DNA of 32,000 nucleotides from positions 1,530,001 to 1,562,000 of the forward strand of contig NC_012803.1 in assembly GCF_000023205.1 (NCBI RefSeq), read 5' to 3'. A model generated the notes under the pieces. It ran no database searches. It was not told the DNA's origin and saw only the letters and a list, made by a program, of their open reading frames with translations. The DNA is from Micrococcus luteus NCTC 2665 (GTDB lineage: Bacteria > Actinomycetota > Actinomycetes > Actinomycetales > Micrococcaceae). Each line of letters begins with the position of its first letter. Within the stretch, counting starts at the first letter, position 1. The position numbers were made by a program, and so were the translations under genes. Shown here piece by piece: positions 26,728 to 32,000 of this stretch.

Positions 26728-27947
26728 TGCTCGTCTGCCTCCGGAGCCTCGAGGGCGTCGAACAGCGACAGCTGGTTCGGGTCGACCTCGTCCGGCGCGT
26801 CGACGGCGGCCGGCGGCTCTGCGGTGGCCTCCTGGCGGGGCGCCAAGGTCTGCTCCGCGGCGGCCTCCGGCTCCTCGGCCGGGGATCCGTCCGCCGTCGG
26901 CTCCGCCTCGGCCTCGGCCGCATACCGCTCGTGGCGCCGTTCGCGGGGGGACGGGCGGCGGTCCCGGGGGTCCTCGACCGGCTCGGTGTCCACGTCGATG
27001 ATCTCCGGGTCCGCGAACCCGCCCACGCCGAGGGCCTTCTCCGCGACGCGCACGGCACGCGCCCAGAGCCGAGCCTCGTCGCGGCGCCCCAGGGCGAGCA
27101 GCACATCGGCCTGGCGCTGGAACAGCCGGGGAGAGAAGGGGTAGCCGCGCCGACGGTCCAGTTCCGGGATCTGCAGGGCCTCATGGGCACCCTGGAGGTC
27201 GCCGGCGTCCTCGCGGATGCCGGAGACGACCATGGCCAGCTCGGCCCGTGCCGCCCGGTCCAGACGCGAGGCATCCACCTCGGCGGCCAGCTGCAGGGCC
27301 TTCTCCGTGCGGCCGAGGGCACGCTCGCTGTCCACCTGCGCGGCGATGTGGGTGTCGTCGCCCGTCATGCGCCGATAGGTGCGGAACTCGCGCAGCGCGT
27401 CGGCGTACTCCCCCGCCGCGTAGGCGGTGAGCGCGACGGCCTCGCGCACGCGGGAGAGACGGCCGCCCTTGCGGGACGCGGCCAGGGCGTGCTGGAACGC
27501 CAGCGCCGGGTCGACGTCCAGGTAGCGACCGGCCATCACGAGGTGCTTGGCGACCCAGCTGGCAGGACGCTCGTCAAGGCCGTTGATCTCCTTGAGCGTG
27601 CCGCGGTCGAGCTCCTGGCCCGTCACGTCCGGGTCGATGTCCGGAGAGCGCTCCTGGTCCGCACGATTCGCCGCTCGGAGGTCACCGGGATTGTGCGCGG
27701 GTCGTTCAGCGCGGTCCTCGCGACGAGAGCCCGTCAGCGCACCGCGGCGCTCGGGACGTCCGCCACCCTGGCCCGGGCCGCGCCGGCGGTCCTCGTGAGG
27801 CCCGCCGGAGCGGCGCCGGTCACCGGCACCGCTGCGAGGACGTCCGTTGCGGTCACCACCACGACGCCGGCCATCACCGCCACCACGGGGCCCGCGGCCC
27901 TCGGATCCGCGGTCCTCGTGGCGCTCTCGGGGGGTGTCCTCAGCCAT
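26724..27947 (-). CDS. Conserved-context protein of unknown function: Arg/Gly-rich disordered N-terminus, helical TPR-like core, acidic C-terminal tail containing QLSLF
   Basis: 407 aa from ATG at 27947 (MAEDTPRERHEDRG), preceded by AGGAAGGA. Its stop overlaps the HAD start (GTGA). The longer track ORF (to 28160) runs into the IS481 inverted repeat and is rejected. It occupies the position of Rv1691-like genes upstream of the HAD phosphatase and tlyA. Confidence 0.7.
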   Translation of the reverse strand: MAEDTPRERHEDRGSEGRGPRGGGDGRRRGGDRNGRPRSGAGDRRRSGGPHEDRRRGPGQGGGRPERRGALTGSRREDRAERPAHNPGDLRAANRADQERSPDIDPDVTGQELDRGTLKEINGLDERPASWVAKHLVMAGRYLDVDPALAFQHALAASRKGGRLSRVREAVALTAYAAGEYADALREFRTYRRMTGDDTHIAAQVDSERALGRTEKALQLAAEVDASRLDRAARAELAMVVSGIREDAGDLQGAHEALQIPELDRRRGYPFSPRLFQRQADVLLALGRRDEARLWARAVRVAEKALGVGGFADPEIIDVDTEPVEDPRDRRPSPRERRHERYAAEAEAEPTADGSPAEEPEAAAEQTLAPRQEATAEPPAAVDAPDEVDPNQLSLFDALEAPEADEQ

Positions 27948-28044
27948 GGTGTCCTTCCTGGGCGTCACGCGCCGCGACGGTCCGCGGGAACGCAGTCTCT
28001 GTTCCTCATGTGCCGGCCTCGCGGCCGGGTCCTCAGGGGACCAG

Positions 28045-28050
28045 GCTAGT
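28045..28050. repeat. Left copy of the 6-bp target-site duplication GCTAGT flanking IS481
   Basis: GCTAGT lies immediately outside the left inverted repeat and is identical to 29166-29171. It matches the NCTAGN target preference known for IS481. Confidence 0.75.
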
Positions 28051-29165
28051 TGTTGTGGGGCATGAGGTTCTTGCCACGGGGTACGGGCTGAGATGAGACG
28101 AGTGGGCCTCTCCCGCAGGATGGAAGTTCCTACACCACCCACCTGCCCGAAAAGACCCACTCATGACTCACGCTAATGCACCCCTGACTCCCACCGGCCG
28201 TCTCAGGATGGTCCACCGCCACCTGCACGACGGGATCCCACAGGCGCACGTGGCCGCCGAGTTCCGGGTGAGCCGGCCCACGGTGGCTACCTGGGTGGCC
28301 CGCTACCGTGCCGAAGGCGAGGCCGGCCTTCAGGACCTGTCCAGCCGGCCGCACCGTTCACCTGCCCAGCTCGACCCCGAGGTGGTGGCCCAGATCCAGA
28401 CCCTGCGCCGGGAGCGCAAGTGGTCCGCACGGCGCATCCATCACCACCTCGTCTCTGAAGGCCACCGGGTGTGCCTCCGAACGGTGGGCAGGTGGCTGCA
28501 CCGGCTGGGCATCTCCCGGTTGCCAGACCTCGCGCCCACGGGTGAGGACCTGCGCCAACGACCGCAGAAGATCACCGCCCGCGGCCCGGGGCACATGGTG
28601 CACCTGGACGTGAAGAAGATCGGGCGCATCCCCGAGGGGGGCGGCTGGCGTGCTCACGGACGGGACTCCGAGAACGCGCGAGCAGCCAAGCGCGGGCCTG
28701 GCCGACGGGTCGGCTACACCTACCTGCACTCGGCGATCGACGGGTTCACCCGCCTGGCCTACACCGAGGCGTTGGAGGACGAGCGGGCGGCCACGACCGT
28801 GAGCTTCTACTGCCGGGCGCGGGCGTTCTTCGCCGCCCACGGCATCCGGATCGACAGGGTGGTCACGGACAACGGGAACAACTACCGGGCTGCGGACTTC
28901 ACCGCCAAGGTGGTCTCGCTCGGGGGCCGGCACCACCGGATCCGCCCCTACACCCCGCGCCATAACGGGAAGGTCGAACGCTACAACCGGCTGATGGTCG
29001 ATGAGGTCCTCTACGCCCGCCCGTACTCCTCAGAGACGGCTCGGCGTGAGGCCCTGCAGGTGTGGGTGAACCACTACAACTATCATCGGCCTCATACCTC
29101 CTGCGGGGACGCCCCGCCGGCCTCGTTGGCCCCGGCCCGAGTCAACAACGTCATGCCCTCCTACA
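28051..29165 (+). mobile_element. Complete IS481-family insertion sequence (1115 bp)
   Basis: The left repeat is TGTTGTGGGGCATGAGGTTCTTGCCACGGGG (28051-28081). The reverse complement of the right end is TGTAGGAGGGCATGACGTTGTTGACTCGGGC (29135-29165). They match at 23 of 31 positions by hand, have TGT...ACA termini, flank a single transposase ORF and are bounded by GCTAGT direct repeats. Confidence 0.85.
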
Positions 29166-29170
29166 GCTAG
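28163..29170 (+). CDS. IS481-family DDE transposase
   Basis: 335 aa with an N-terminal HTH (GIPQAHVAAEFRVSRPTVATWVARYRAEGEAGLQD), the motifs HLDVKKIG, YLHSAIDGFTRLAY, VTDNGNNY and YTPRHNGKVERYNR, and an HYNYHRPH tail. Confidence 0.9.
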   Translation: MTHANAPLTPTGRLRMVHRHLHDGIPQAHVAAEFRVSRPTVATWVARYRAEGEAGLQDLSSRPHRSPAQLDPEVVAQIQTLRRERKWSARRIHHHLVSEGHRVCLRTVGRWLHRLGISRLPDLAPTGEDLRQRPQKITARGPGHMVHLDVKKIGRIPEGGGWRAHGRDSENARAAKRGPGRRVGYTYLHSAIDGFTRLAYTEALEDERAATTVSFYCRARAFFAAHGIRIDRVVTDNGNNYRAADFTAKVVSLGGRHHRIRPYTPRHNGKVERYNRLMVDEVLYARPYSSETARREALQVWVNHYNYHRPHTSCGDAPPASLAPARVNNVMPSYS

Positions 29171-29171
29171 T
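29166..29171. repeat. Right copy of the 6-bp target-site duplication GCTAGT; contains the transposase stop codon
   Basis: GCTAGT lies immediately outside the right inverted repeat. The TAG at 29168-29170 is the stop codon of the transposase ORF. Confidence 0.75.
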
Positions 29172-29222
29172 GCCCGGAGCCTGTGGCGGACCGTCCTTGC
29201 GGGGAAAACAGTCCAGAAATGC

Positions 29223-29259
29223 GGGAAGGGCCTCGCACCAACAGTGCGAGGCCCTTCCC
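29223..29259 (-). terminator. rrn operon terminator hairpin downstream of 5S rRNA
   Basis: GGGAAGGGCCTCGCAC (29223-29238), loop CAACA, then GTGCGAGGCCCTTCCC (29244-29259), a perfect 16-bp stem. It starts about 10 nt after the 5S 3' end and is followed on the minus strand by GCATTTCTGG. Confidence 0.65.
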
Positions 29260-29268
29260 TCAAAGAAT

Positions 29269-29387
29269 GTCCGGCGGCGACCTACTCTCCCACAACCTCC
29301 CGGTTGCAGTACCATCGGCGCTGTGGGCCTTAGCTTCCGGGTTCGGAATGGAACCGGGCGTTTCCCCCACGCTATGACCGCCGTAAC
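29269..29387 (-). rRNA. rrf: 5S ribosomal RNA
   Basis: The minus strand reads GTTACGGCGGTCATAGCGTGGGGGAAACGCCCGGTTCCATTCCGAACCCGGAAGCTAAGGCCCACAGCGCCGATGGTACTGCAACCGGGAGGTTGTGGGAGAGTAGGTCGCCGCCGGACA, a canonical actinobacterial 5S sequence. The ends are accurate to a few nucleotides. Confidence 0.9.
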
Positions 29388-29579
29388 CCTAACCCCACAC
29401 CACCACCCTCAACACGGGCAACAGCAGGGAAACCTAACGGGTCACACAACAGTGACACTATTCAACTGAAAACACCTCAACCACCCACCAACAAGCAGAC
29501 AGCCGGTTGCAATCAGACAACCGCACAGTGGACGCGAACACCAACCCATCACCTTGAAGCAAGCAATGGGATAAGAGTG

Positions 29580-32000
<2,421 letters not shown>

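Noticed and set aside
28108-28125. My first guess for the IS481 inverted repeats: TCCCGCAGGATGG near 28111 against CCGTCCTTGCGGGGA near 29191-29205.
   Set aside because: A much better solution exists: 31-bp repeats starting TGT at 28051 and 29165, flanked by identical GCTAGT hexamers that fit the known IS481 target. The first match is a short chance similarity.
26724-28160. 478-aa version of the TPR-like protein starting at 28160.
   Set aside because: The extra 71 codons run across the IS481 left inverted repeat and target duplication. The ATG at 27947 has a strong AGGAAGGA ribosome-binding site.

Overview
Very GC-rich actinobacterial chromosome segment; the 5S/23S sequence and gene order look Micrococcaceae-like. 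All calls come from reading the sequence and the ORF track by eye, with no database searches. Most of the window is a minus-strand housekeeping block matching the conserved actinobacterial arrangement known from M. tuberculosis Rv1691-Rv1713: TPR-like protein, HAD phosphatase, tlyA, nadK, recN, Nudix, xerD, pyrG, parA, rluB, tyrA, cmk, der. Both ends carry mobile DNA. On the left, an IS256-family element has cut into an IS3-family transposase remnant next to tRNA-Pro(GGG). On the right, a complete IS481-family element with inverted repeats and a 6-bp target duplication sits just downstream of an rrn operon (5S plus partial 23S). A ~10.5 kb metabolic module splits the housekeeping block: dctA, a DcuS/CitA-type two-component system, prpE, a GntR regulator and prpDBC. 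I do not see an obvious new multi-gene system such as a defence island, CRISPR array or toxin-antitoxin pair. The best leads are: (1) an orphan, still in-frame xerD 3' remnant directly behind a displaced pyrG; (2) missing scpA/scpB and the metabolic island inside the segregation gene block; (3) a conserved-context protein of unknown function at the head of the tlyA-nadK-recN operon, with an exact QLSLF beta-clamp-binding consensus in its acidic C-terminal tail; (4) an IS481 element whose transposase stop codon comes from its CTAG target duplication; (5) TGTATACA-type palindromes as candidate GntR operators of the prp genes. The many long antisense ORFs in the track are high-GC artefacts.
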